Below, piece after piece: positions 1 to 8,947 of a stretch of DNA of 32,000 bases. The stretch spans positions 638,307-670,306 of the forward strand of contig NC_014315.1 of assembly GCF_000143085.1 (NCBI RefSeq), written 5' to 3'. Made by a program: the position numbers and the translations under genes. Source of the stretch: Nitrosococcus watsonii C-113 (lineage in GTDB: Bacteria; Pseudomonadota; Gammaproteobacteria; Nitrosococcales; Nitrosococcaceae). The notes beneath the pieces are model-generated. The model saw nothing but the letters and a program-made list of their open reading frames with translations, was not told where the DNA came from and did not search any database. Position 1 is the first letter of the stretch. Each line of letters opens with the position of its first letter.

Positions 1-1
1 C

Positions 2-442
2 GCTGCTCTAAGGTTGGCCCGTTTTAACACGCAGGTAGGAATCGCCGATAAACGTTATTTCCAGGGTTTGGCAAGTCCTTCCGCAGCTGCTTGTTTAGCA
101 GGATTGGTGTGGTTTGCCACGGATGCCGGTATAGCTGGGGATAATCTCATGATTCCGGCTTTCATCCTTACCGTTGCAACAGCCGTTTTTATGGTCAGCA
201 ATATTCGTTACTATAGTTTTAGAGGTTTAGGGAATGGGGATAAGGTCCCTTTTGTGACTATTTTGGCGGTCGTATTGGTGTTTGTCTTAATATCAGCCGA
301 TCCGCCCAAGGTATTATTCATCGCTTTTCTGCTTTATGCTTTATCAGGGCCAGTAGTGACCTTGGTGCGGCTGCACCAACATCGAGCACAATCTCGAGTG
401 CAGCGCCGGGCTGCCAAACTACCGGACGGCAATGAGAAATAG
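2..442 (+). CDS. pssA: CDP-diacylglycerol--serine O-phosphatidyltransferase (phosphatidylserine synthase), C-terminal part; the 5' end lies outside the window
   Basis: The reading frame is open from the window edge (AALRLARFNTQ...). The RFN...YFQGL(A/P)SP(S/A)AA block followed by hydrophobic helices is typical of CDP-alcohol phosphatidyltransferase-type PssA. The stop is at 440-442. Confidence 0.75.
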   Translation, partial: AALRLARFNTQVGIADKRYFQGLASPSAAACLAGLVWFATDAGIAGDNLMIPAFILTVATAVFMVSNIRYYSFRGLGNGDKVPFVTILAVVLVFVLISADPPKVLFIAFLLYALSGPVVTLVRLHQHRAQSRVQRRAAKLPDGNEK

Positions 443-447
443 AGGCA

Positions 448-476
448 TTGGCATTTACCAATAACCGCGATATAGT
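448..476 (+). promoter_or_regulatory. Predicted sigma70-type promoter TTGGCA-N17-TATAGT upstream of the leuA leader region
   Basis: -35 TTGGCA at 448-453, a 17-nt spacer, and -10 TATAGT at 471-476. The predicted transcription start (about 483) falls next to the ATG of the leader ORF at 484. Confidence 0.35.
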
Positions 477-483
477 AGTTGTT

Positions 484-582
484 ATGTCTGGATTAATACC
501 CTTTATTTACCCTTTCAATGGCTCTATTCTAGAGCTTTGTGGCCTTTATGTGGCTGCCCTACTCTTGCTGCTGCCCTGCTAA
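484..582 (+). CDS. Candidate leucine-rich leader peptide (32 aa, MSGLIPFIYPFNGSILELCGLYVAALLLLLPC) upstream of leuA
   Basis: Below the ORF-track size cutoff. It has 9 Leu in 32 residues, including five consecutive Leu codons (CTA CTC TTG CTG CTG, 559-573) just before the stop. It sits in the 261-nt gap before leuA. No SD sequence is visible, so it may be leaderless if the promoter call is right. Confidence 0.35.
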   Translation: MSGLIPFIYPFNGSILELCGLYVAALLLLLPC

Positions 583-621
583 GGGGCAAAAAATAATCAA
601 TCCAATTATTCAATCAGCAGT

Positions 622-667
622 TGCGCCAGCAAGTCCACAAGACTTGGCGGTGCATTAATTTCGTTGT
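622..667 (+). terminator. Candidate attenuator/terminator hairpin in the leuA 5' region
   Basis: Positions 622-635 pair with 641-654: 6 bp, a 2x2 internal loop, then 6 bp including one G-U, with a 5-nt loop. A T-rich tract TTAATTTCGTTGT (655-667) follows. The 5' arm (CAGCAAG, 627-633) is also complementary to the Leu-codon run CTTGCTG (564-570). Confidence 0.35.
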
Positions 668-703
668 ACATCTAACGGTGTATAAAGAGTAGGTTAGCCA
701 ATA

Positions 704-2239
704 ATGAAAGATAATTTAATTGTTTTCGATACGACTTTACGGGATGGTGAACAAAGTCCTGGTGCTTCCATGACTCGGGAAGAGAAAGTGCGGATTGCCA
801 AAGCCTTGGAACGTATGAGAGTCGATGTTATTGAGGCGGGTTTTCCAGTAGCTAGCCAAGGTGATTTTGAAGCGGTGCAAGCGGTGGCTAGGAGTGTGCG
901 GGAGAGCACGGTGTGTGGTTTAGCCCGGGCGCTCGGGGCGGATATTGATCGTGCTGGCGAAGCTTTGGCGGAGGCCAAGTCTGCGCGCATTCATACTTTT
1001 ATTGCGACTTCGCCTATTCATATGAAAAGGAAGCTCCGGATGGAGCCGGATCAAGTCTTAGAACATGCCGTTAAAGCCGTGAAGCGGGCGAGAGAATATA
1101 CTGATGATGTGGAATTTTCCCCGGAAGATGCAGGCCGTTCAGAGATCGAGTTTCTATGCCGTATTCTGGAAGCCGTTATTGCTGCCGGTGCTCGGACTGT
1201 TAATATTCCTGACACTGTGGGCTACAATCTCCCGGACCAGTTCGCTCAACTTATCCGTACGCTGCGTGAGCGGGTGCCGAACTCGGATAAAGCCGTTTTC
1301 TCAGTCCATTGCCACAATGATTTAGGCATGGCGGTAGCCAATTCTTTGGCTGCCGTAATGAGTGGCGCTCGCCAGGTAGAATGTACCATTAATGGCTTGG
1401 GGGAGCGGGCTGGCAATGCTGCCCTTGAGGAGGTAGTCATGGCGGTCCGGACTCGCCAAGATTTCTTTCCTTGCGACACTAATATCGATATTAGTCAAAT
1501 CGTTCCTACTTCTCGTTTAGTCTCGGGAATTACCGGTTTTCCTGTACAGCCGAATAAAGCCATCGTGGGCGCCAATGCCTTTGCCCATGCATCAGGCATT
1601 CATCAGGATGGTGTGCTCAAGGAACGCCAAACCTATGAGATTATGAATGCAGAAGATGTGGGCTGGCATGCTAGCCGGATGATCCTTGGCAAGCATTCGG
1701 GGCGCAACGCGTTCCGGGCCCGTTTAAGGGAATTGGGTATTGAGCTCGAGACCGAGGAAGAGTTAAATACTACTTTTCAGCGTTTCAAGGAGCTAGCGGA
1801 CAAAAAACACGAAATATATGATGAAGATCTTCAGGCGCTGGTAACCGATGCTAATTTGGCCGCTGAAAATGAGCGCTTCAAACTCTCATGGCTTAAGGTG
1901 GTTTCAGAAACGGGAGAAACCGCAATAGCGTCTGTCACCCTAAATGTGGATAGTATAGAGCGGCAGGCATCCGCTCCTGGAGGCGGGCCGGTGGACGCTG
2001 CTTATAAGGCTATTGATTCTATTCTTCAGAGTAACACGGAGTTATTGCTTTATTCGGTCAATAGTATTACCAGTGGTACGGATGCTCAGGGAGAGGTAAC
2101 GGTTCGGCTGAAGAAAAATGGGCGTATTGTAAACGGCCAGGGCGCGGATACCGATATCGTGATGGCCTCGGCCAAGGCTTACGTCAACGCTCTAAACAAG
2201 ATTTTATACCCAGTAGAGCGTGCCTACCCTCAGGTTTGA
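704..2239 (+). CDS. leuA: 2-isopropylmalate synthase
   Basis: 511 aa. It carries the N-terminal LRDGEQSPG and [16 protein letters not shown] motifs and a C-terminal LeuA dimerisation/regulatory-type domain. Confidence 0.96.
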   Translation: MKDNLIVFDTTLRDGEQSPGASMTREEKVRIAKALERMRVDVIEAGFPVASQGDFEAVQAVARSVRESTVCGLARALGADIDRAGEALAEAKSARIHTFIATSPIHMKRKLRMEPDQVLEHAVKAVKRAREYTDDVEFSPEDAGRSEIEFLCRILEAVIAAGARTVNIPDTVGYNLPDQFAQLIRTLRERVPNSDKAVFSVHCHNDLGMAVANSLAAVMSGARQVECTINGLGERAGNAALEEVVMAVRTRQDFFPCDTNIDISQIVPTSRLVSGITGFPVQPNKAIVGANAFAHASGIHQDGVLKERQTYEIMNAEDVGWHASRMILGKHSGRNAFRARLRELGIELETEEELNTTFQRFKELADKKHEIYDEDLQALVTDANLAAENERFKLSWLKVVSETGETAIASVTLNVDSIERQASAPGGGPVDAAYKAIDSILQSNTELLLYSVNSITSGTDAQGEVTVRLKKNGRIVNGQGADTDIVMASAKAYVNALNKILYPVERAYPQV

Positions 2240-2248
2240 GGTAAATGT

Positions 2249-2944
2249 ATGGATTCCCGCCAGCGATACTATTTAGAGAAGATGGGAATCCAGGTTTGGC
2301 AACAGCGCCAGCCTACAAGCACTGGGAAAACGCCGCTGGTGGAAACGGGCGAAGAACCTATTCCAGTAGCCCCATCTGCCGGGGTGATGTCGGAATGGGA
2401 GGAGCTTGCTGTCCAGGTGGCCGGTTGCAAGGCTTGCTCGTTGCATCGTAGCCGTACGCAAACCGTATTTGGGGTAGGAGATCAAGCGGCAAAATGGCTG
2501 ATTGTTGGGGAGGCGCCGGGGGCTGAGGAAGATCGCCAAGGCGAGCCCTTTGTGGGCCGGGCAGGACAGCTGCTCAATGCAATGCTAGAGGCAGTAGGAT
2601 TGCAGCGAGGACAGGTCTATATTGCGAATATCCTCAAATGCCGCCCCCCCAACAATCGGGATCCACTACCTGAAGAGGTGGCCCATTGTGAATCTTACCT
2701 TCGCCGTCAAATTGCCTTGCTGCGGCCTCGCATTATCCTAGCGGTAGGGCGGGTAGCAGGGCAAAATCTTCTCAAGTCCTCGCTCCCCTTGGGGCGCTTG
2801 CGCGGCAGCGTACATCAATACCCAGAGACGGCTATTCCTTTAGTCGTAACCTATCATCCAGCCTACCTATTGCGTGCACCGCGGGAGAAACGTCGAGCAT
2901 GGCAGGATTTGCGGTTAGCACTCAAGGTATATCGGGAATTTTGA
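2249..2944 (+). CDS. Uracil-DNA glycosylase, family 4 (4Fe-4S type)
   Basis: 231 aa. It has the GEAPGAEEDRQGEPFVGRAGQLL motif and Cys residues (CKAC, KCRPP, HCE) in the pattern of family-4 UDGs. Confidence 0.88.
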   Translation: MDSRQRYYLEKMGIQVWQQRQPTSTGKTPLVETGEEPIPVAPSAGVMSEWEELAVQVAGCKACSLHRSRTQTVFGVGDQAAKWLIVGEAPGAEEDRQGEPFVGRAGQLLNAMLEAVGLQRGQVYIANILKCRPPNNRDPLPEEVAHCESYLRRQIALLRPRIILAVGRVAGQNLLKSSLPLGRLRGSVHQYPETAIPLVVTYHPAYLLRAPREKRRAWQDLRLALKVYREF

Positions 2945-3036
2945 GAATGCCTGCGGTATTATCAAAAGTGTTGTCCTGAGTGCTTAAGAATATATTTTCT
3001 GGCAAAGATAGCAAACTGTTCCGTTGGTAGGAAAGG

Positions 3037-3522
3037 GTGACGAAATTGTTTCCAAAGTTACTGCGCAGGCTGCGGCTTTTTTCTCCCCGGCCTATGAGAG
3101 AGGCCGACTTGAAAGTGGTCGGAGCGATTGAGCGGGCAGCCTGCGCTTTTCCCTGGACTGAGGGTACCTTTGCTGATTGCTTACAGGCTGGCTATGATGC
3201 CTGGGTCTATGAGCGAGGAGGCAAGATTTATGGCTACGGGATGGTAGCGGTAAAGGCCGGCGAAGCTCATGTACTTAATATTTGTGTTCACCCGGACTAC
3301 CATCACCAAGGCTGTGGAGGATATATCGTCCGCCATCTTTTAAAGATTTCTGGTAAGCGAGGCGCCAATACTGTTTTTCTTGAGGTACGTCCTTCTAATA
3401 GCCCGGCGATTCGTCTCTACCATAAATTTGGTTTTAATGAAATTGGAACCCGTAAAGGTTATTACCCGGCCCACAAAGGCCGTGAAGATGCTTTGTTGCT
3501 AGCCTTACACTTAGCCGATTAA
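3037..3522 (+). CDS. rimI: Ribosomal-protein-alanine N-acetyltransferase (GNAT family)
   Basis: It shows a GNAT fold signature (NICVHPDYHHQGCGG, LEVRPSNSPAIRLYHKFGF, YYP...REDAL) very similar in layout to E. coli RimI. The start is uncertain: GTG 3037 or ATG 3094. Confidence 0.82.
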   Translation: MTKLFPKLLRRLRLFSPRPMREADLKVVGAIERAACAFPWTEGTFADCLQAGYDAWVYERGGKIYGYGMVAVKAGEAHVLNICVHPDYHHQGCGGYIVRHLLKISGKRGANTVFLEVRPSNSPAIRLYHKFGFNEIGTRKGYYPAHKGREDALLLALHLAD

Positions 3523-3557
3523 TTTATAATTGCCTGTAATCCTTGGGAAGTAAGCTT

Positions 3558-4832
3558 ATGGCGCTCCTTGAACAACTGGGGCTAGCGCTTGTGCTAGGGT
3601 TGCTAGTGGGTTTGGAACGGGGGTGGCAAGAACGCGATGCGGAAGAAGGTGCCCGTATCGCTGGCTTGCGTACCTTTGGGTTGATTAGCCTGTTGGGGGG
3701 GTTGTGGGCCCTGTTGTCCAAGCAGTTTGGAGCGGTTCTCCTGGGGTTTGCTTTTTTAACTTTTGTTTTATTGGTGCTGATTTCTCATTTTGATAGCGTA
3801 AGACGGAGCGGAGCCCGCGGATTGACCACGGTAGTTGCTACTTTGGTGACTTTTACCTTGGGCGCGTTGGCTGTTGTGGGTTACGAGGCAGTCGCTTCGG
3901 CAGCGGCGGTTGTGGTGACCGTCTTATTGGGCCTTAAACCTGTTTTGCATGCCTGGGTGGCGCGGCTGCGCCAGGAAGAACTCTACGCTGTTTACAAACT
4001 TCTGCTTATTTCTGTAGTGTTGTTGCCTGTGTTGCCTAACCAAGGTTTTGGCCCGTGGCAAATTCTCAACCCCTATGAGATTTGGTGGATGGTGGTCTTG
4101 ATTGCAGGGGTGTCTTTCATGGGCTATTTTGCAGTCCGTATTGTGGGGGCGGGACGGGGAATATTGTTGACCGCACTGTCCGCCGGGCTGGTTTCTTCGA
4201 CGGCTTTGACCCTGCATTTTTCTCGCATTGCCCATGCCAATCCTCAGGGCCAGCGTTTACTTAGCGCGGGAATCGCATTTGCTGCCGCTACCATGTTTGT
4301 GCGGCTCTTATTGGTGGTGGGCATTATCTATCCTTCCCTGGCGCTTTATTTGCTTTTCCCCGCTGGTTTGATGAGTATTAGCATCTATGGAGGAGGGTAC
4401 TGGCTCTGGTGGGGCGCTAAACGCCAATCTACCCCCCATCTGGTGCTGGATAATCCTTGTGATCTGGGGATGGCGGTAAAATTTGGTGGCTTGCTGGCAC
4501 TAGTGCTCTTAACTTCGCATGCGCTAAAAGAGTGGTTTGGAGAGATTGGGTTGTATGTGGTTGCGGGAATTTCGGGTATCAGCGATATCAATGCAATCTC
4601 CCTCGTCTTAGCCCGTATGGCCCAGGAGGATAGTCAAGTTTTGACGGTTGCCGCTATGGGGATTTTCCTGGCCGCCATGGTCAATACGTTGGTTAAAGGG
4701 GGATTAGCCTGGGGGATAGGTGGAACCCGTTTTGGGTTACCTCTTCTGGGAGTTTTTTTATTTTCGATTGTGATGGGAGGGGGCAGTTTATTGATGAGGA
4801 AGGGTAATTTCCTCGGCCTGGGGTTGGCCTAA
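3558..4832 (+). CDS. Polytopic inner-membrane protein, MgtC/SapB-like N-terminal region plus DUF4010-like body
   Basis: 424 aa counted from ATG 3558 (the ORF track opens at TTG 3543). It has about 10-12 hydrophobic helices and an N-terminal LGLLVGLERGW motif typical of MgtC-type domains. The family assignment is from memory. Confidence 0.7.
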   Translation: MALLEQLGLALVLGLLVGLERGWQERDAEEGARIAGLRTFGLISLLGGLWALLSKQFGAVLLGFAFLTFVLLVLISHFDSVRRSGARGLTTVVATLVTFTLGALAVVGYEAVASAAAVVVTVLLGLKPVLHAWVARLRQEELYAVYKLLLISVVLLPVLPNQGFGPWQILNPYEIWWMVVLIAGVSFMGYFAVRIVGAGRGILLTALSAGLVSSTALTLHFSRIAHANPQGQRLLSAGIAFAAATMFVRLLLVVGIIYPSLALYLLFPAGLMSISIYGGGYWLWWGAKRQSTPHLVLDNPCDLGMAVKFGGLLALVLLTSHALKEWFGEIGLYVVAGISGISDINAISLVLARMAQEDSQVLTVAAMGIFLAAMVNTLVKGGLAWGIGGTRFGLPLLGVFLFSIVMGGGSLLMRKGNFLGLGLA

Positions 4833-5342
4833 GATAGCTGCAGCTCGGAATAGGATAACTAACGTTTTAGCATCCTTGATTTTTCCGTTATAAGCCCATT
4901 CAAAGGCTTTGGTAAGGGGAAACCAATAGCTTTCCAGATATTCCTCAGGCTGAGGAGCGCGAGAGGTAGAAGTTAAATTTCGAGCGAGATAAAGGTGCAA
5001 AATTTCATCGCAAAAACCCGGGGTGCTATAAATAGCGCCCAGTTCGGTCCAATGGCTGGCGCAAACACCGGCTTCTTCCGCAAGTTCTCGCTGAGCGGTG
5101 GCAAGTGGAGACTCGCCAGGGTCCAATTTACCTGCGGGGACTTCCCAGATAAAACCGCCAGCCGCATGCCGGTATTGATGAAGTAGGCAAATTTGCTGTT
5201 TATCATCGACAGCCGCGATTACCGCACCACCCGGGTGGCGGACAATCTCCAAATTTATCTGTTGGCCATTGGGCAATGAAGTCTGTTCGAGACCAAGATC
5301 GATGATTTGGCCACGATAGAGTAGTATACGTTGGTTTGGCAT
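4788..5342 (-). CDS. NUDIX hydrolase (ADP-ribose pyrophosphatase-like)
   Basis: 184 aa with a complete Nudix box, GKLDPGESPLATAQRELAEEAGV (Gx5Ex7REUxEExGU). Confidence 0.85.
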   Translation of the reverse strand: MPNQRILLYRGQIIDLGLEQTSLPNGQQINLEIVRHPGGAVIAAVDDKQQICLLHQYRHAAGGFIWEVPAGKLDPGESPLATAQRELAEEAGVCASHWTELGAIYSTPGFCDEILHLYLARNLTSTSRAPQPEEYLESYWFPLTKAFEWAYNGKIKDAKTLVILFRAAAILGQPQAEEITLPHQ

Positions 5343-5405
5343 GGGATTAAATTCTCCAAGGCCAAGATAGACTAAATATTAACCTGATTATCCATTAACC
5401 GACAA

Positions 5406-6230
5406 ATGGCTGACGTGATAGCTTATCTGGCTTTGGGAGCCCTTGTTGGCACTTTGGCTGGTTTGCTTGGAATCGGGGGAGGGCTCGTGATTGTCGCGGT
5501 CCTAGTGCATTTGTTCTCAGCCCAGGGGATCGGCAATGGACTGACTATGCACATGGCGATCGGTACCTCCCAGGCTACTATTGTCATGACGTCTATAGCC
5601 GCTATTTGGGCGCATCACCGACAAAGAGGGGTGTTATGGCCAATTATGGCTGCAATGGCATCAGGAATTGTACTTGGTGCATTGCTAGGAGCGGTCATTG
5701 CCGAGGCTCTTTCCGGACAGGTCCTCAAAGGATTATTTGGCAGTTTTGCTTTACTGATTGCATGGCGGATGGGGGTCGATATTCATCCGGCAGCAGTCCA
5801 TTCTCTCCCGCGGCGTTGGATATTGGCACTAATGGGTGCCCTGATCGGGACGGTTTCCGCGCTCTTTGGAATCGGAGGAGGAAGCCTTACCGTACCTTAT
5901 CTTGTTTGGCATAGTATTCCCATGCGGAATGCGGTAGGGACAGCAAGCGCCTGTGGTTTTCCACTTGCGGTCAGCGGCACCTGTGGGTTTGTTTGGATGG
6001 GTTGGGATAAGCTGGGATTACCTGCCTGGAGTAGTGGTTATGTATATTGGCCCGCCGCTGTGAGTATTGTAGCCACCAGTATGCTATTTGCCCCGCTAGG
6101 GGCAAGACTCGCCCATAGGTTGGCTTCAATAACTTTAAAGAGGATATTTGCTATTTTCCTTGGTGGCTTAGGGTTGGAGATGTTACTGGAGCTGACGGGA
6201 GCCGCTTCTTTTTTATTTAGTGGAAGATAA
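5406..6230 (+). CDS. TauE/SafE (DUF81) family anion/sulfite exporter-like permease
   Basis: 274 aa with 7-8 TM helices. It shows an internal duplication with G-rich motifs (LLGIGGG near the N-terminus, LFGIGGGS in the second half). Confidence 0.82.
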   Translation: MADVIAYLALGALVGTLAGLLGIGGGLVIVAVLVHLFSAQGIGNGLTMHMAIGTSQATIVMTSIAAIWAHHRQRGVLWPIMAAMASGIVLGALLGAVIAEALSGQVLKGLFGSFALLIAWRMGVDIHPAAVHSLPRRWILALMGALIGTVSALFGIGGGSLTVPYLVWHSIPMRNAVGTASACGFPLAVSGTCGFVWMGWDKLGLPAWSSGYVYWPAAVSIVATSMLFAPLGARLAHRLASITLKRIFAIFLGGLGLEMLLELTGAASFLFSGR

Positions 6231-6970
6231 AGCGAGATGTCCTGTCTTATCTGGATTGTCCCGTATTTGCTTACGATGGGTATCCGTGCAGAAATATTTA
6301 CTGGTTAGAAATATAAATTTTGCTCCTAAATTTAGTGGGGTGCTATACGGCCCGAAGCAGTTAATTTTGGTGGATTTTCTTGCGATTACCTCTGATGAGA
6401 GGACTTTCTCCCCCTTACTAAAGAGATCTCCTTGGCTCTAAAATTATGGTTTGGTAGATTATATTGATGAGGGTATCGAGTGTTCTTTTTGGTTTAAAGC
6501 GTATTTAAGCAGGATCTTACAAGAGATAAACTCAACTAACGATGTCCTGTGCAGATGATTACAGGCAGCATTCGTTGCAGAATCAGGTTTATGAGTATCT
6601 TATGAGCGTAAATGATACAGATAAGTGCATGGGACTGTCGTTACTTTTGATTAGTCGGGTGCAATATGCGTGCTAGCGCCTTTTAGGCAACGCACGATTA
6701 TTTTCCTTCTCCTCTTTAGATTTTTTAGGGGCTATACTGAAGGTACGGACTCCCGTGTTTGGGCAGGCCTATTCTGTGCGGCTGCCAATGTTTTGAAAAT
6801 TAATTTGGGGCAATGGCCGTGTCTCATAAGTTCAAAAAACTTCTTAAATTTATTGGGTTATTTAGCATTTTTTATAAGCAAAGGGTTGGAACTCCAAAGG
6901 GGTCTGTTGTGTCTTTACTGTAGCGGGTGTTGTAGCGTCCTAATTGGTATTTTCGGTGAGGAGGTGGAGT

Positions 6971-8902
6971 GTGGCTGATACAAGAAATGGATTTACTGAA
7001 ATTATTCAAAAGGACCGGGCGAGGCGAGAGCGCCAAGAATGGCGGGGAACGTTCATTGATTACTTGGAAAAAGTCAAAAAGGAGCCCCTAGTTGCTAAAT
7101 TAGCCCATTCCCGAGTTTACGATATGGTTATGCGAAAAGGGGCCGAAGACATCAATGCCGCAGATGATCCTCATGTCAAGCGTCTCTACGGGGATGAGCT
7201 GCTTAAAGTATATCCTTTTTTTAAGGATGAATTCTTTGGTATTGAGCGGACTCTGGCTCAATTGGTGCGTTATTTTCATTCCGCATCCCTGCATGGGGAG
7301 GAAAGTCGACAAGTTCTCTACCTGATGGGGCCCGTGGGGGCCGGTAAGAGTTCTCTTATCGAACATTTGCATCGGGGTTTGGAGAATGTTGAGCCTATTT
7401 ATGCCATTGAAGGCTGCCCCATGCGCGAAGAACCCTTGCATCTTCTACCGCGCCACTTACGTAGGGAGTTTGAAAAGATGTTGGATGTGCATATTGAGGG
7501 TGATCTGTGCCCGGTATGCCGTTTTCGTCTCAAAGAAGAGTTTGATGGCCGTTATGAAGATGTGCCTGTTATCACGGTAGATTTTTCCAAGCGGGATCGC
7601 CGGGGTATTGGTGTTGTACCGCCGGTAGACCCTAATAACCAGGATACCTCAGTATTAATTGGATCAGAGGATATCTCCAAATTAGACCTGTATTCCGAAG
7701 GGGATCCCCGGGTTTTGGATCTAAATGGCGCTTTCAACGTGGGCAATCGGGGCGTGGTGGAATTTATTGAGGTCTTTAAGAACGAGACAGAATATCTCCA
7801 TTCCATGATTACCGCAACCCAGGAGAAATTTGTCCCCGCTCCCGGCCGCCACGGTACTGTCTATGTGGATACCTGTATCGTCGCCCATTCTAATGAAGCT
7901 GAATGGCAGAAATTTAAAGCTGACCATACCAACGAGGCTATTCTCGATCGGATTGTCGTGGTTAAAGTGCCCTACAATTTACGTTTATCAGAGGAAATCA
8001 AGATCTACGGGAAGCTTTTACATCACTCTGATTTTCGGGCGCATATTGCGCCTCACACTCTTGAAATGGCTTCTATGTTTGCGATTCTGTCCCGCTTAGA
8101 GCCTACCCCTAAATGCGACTTAATAACCAAACTACGGCTTTATAATGGCGAGGAAGTGGTAGAGAAAGGGTCGACGCTCAAGATTAATGCCAAAGAGCTC
8201 CAGGAGACGGCTTCACGGGAAGGGATGTTTGGCATTTCGACCCGCTTTATTATGAAGGCCCTAGACAATGCCTTGGCGGATAGCGAAGAGGGGATTAATC
8301 CTATCAATGTCCGCGAAGCCTTGATTGTGATGGTCAAACAATCGGAGCTAGCGGACGATACCCGGAAGCACTATTTGGAGTTGCTCCAAGATACCTTGCA
8401 CAAGGTCTATCTTGAGATTCTAGAAAAAGAAATTACCAAAGCTTTTGTCTATTCCTATGAACAACAGGCGGAAACCTTATTTCAAAATTATCTAGATCAT
8501 GCTGAAGCTTATGTGAACAAGAGTCGGGTTAAAGATTGGGATACGCGGGAGGAATTACAGCCTGATGAGAATTTTCTGAAGTCAGTCGAAGAGCAAATCG
8601 CTATTGTCGGCAGTGCTGCTGATGGTTTCCGGCAGGAAGTGATCGCCTTTCTTTGGGCAGCTACCCGCCGTGGCGAGAAGGTAAGCTATCAATCCTATGA
8701 ACCTCTAAAGGAAGCGATAGAGAAAAAATTGACCAGTTCGGTCCGGGATTTAAGCCGTATTATTACTAAATCGCGTACCCGGGACGAGGAGCAGGCCAAG
8801 AAGTACGATGATTTGGTTAAAAATCTCCTTGAGCGGGGCTATAACGAGCACTCGGCGGAGGTGGTATTGAAATATGCTGCCAATAATCTTTGGAAGGATT
8901 AG
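6971..8902 (+). CDS. prkA: PrkA/YeaG family serine protein kinase
   Basis: It carries Walker A GPVGAGKSS and an N-terminal WRGTFIDYLEKVKKEP...AHSRVYDM block like B. subtilis PrkA and E. coli YeaG. The start is placed at GTG 6971, 6 nt after GAGGAGG (6958-6964); the ORF track opens at TTG 6944. Confidence 0.92.
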   Translation: MADTRNGFTEIIQKDRARRERQEWRGTFIDYLEKVKKEPLVAKLAHSRVYDMVMRKGAEDINAADDPHVKRLYGDELLKVYPFFKDEFFGIERTLAQLVRYFHSASLHGEESRQVLYLMGPVGAGKSSLIEHLHRGLENVEPIYAIEGCPMREEPLHLLPRHLRREFEKMLDVHIEGDLCPVCRFRLKEEFDGRYEDVPVITVDFSKRDRRGIGVVPPVDPNNQDTSVLIGSEDISKLDLYSEGDPRVLDLNGAFNVGNRGVVEFIEVFKNETEYLHSMITATQEKFVPAPGRHGTVYVDTCIVAHSNEAEWQKFKADHTNEAILDRIVVVKVPYNLRLSEEIKIYGKLLHHSDFRAHIAPHTLEMASMFAILSRLEPTPKCDLITKLRLYNGEEVVEKGSTLKINAKELQETASREGMFGISTRFIMKALDNALADSEEGINPINVREALIVMVKQSELADDTRKHYLELLQDTLHKVYLEILEKEITKAFVYSYEQQAETLFQNYLDHAEAYVNKSRVKDWDTREELQPDENFLKSVEEQIAIVGSAADGFRQEVIAFLWAATRRGEKVSYQSYEPLKEAIEKKLTSSVRDLSRIITKSRTRDEEQAKKYDDLVKNLLERGYNEHSAEVVLKYAANNLWKD

Positions 8903-8947
8903 GGATAATGGGGAAGGCACCTTGCCTGCACCGGGCTTGGAGCAGAA

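Noticed and set aside
6236-6550. The exact 10-mer GATGTCCTGT occurs twice (6236-6245 and 6541-6550).
   Set aside because: No similarity extends beyond the 10-mer. One chance 10-mer repeat within a region of about 700 bp is not very improbable.
6781-6970. I looked for a possible sigma54 (-24 GG / -12 GC) promoter for prkA, for example TGGGTTATTTAGCAT and TGGCCGTGTCTCAT.
   Set aside because: The GG-to-GC spacing is off by one or more nucleotides in every candidate I checked, and sigma54 spacing is strict.
6220-6978. Two plus-strand ORFs (6220-6441, 73 aa; 6670-6978, 102 aa) lie in the region upstream of prkA.
   Set aside because: They use non-ATG or weak starts and have no SD sequence. Their composition is odd (Cys/Phe/Leu-rich, typical of AT-rich non-coding DNA), and the second runs into the prkA start. 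I did not call them genes.
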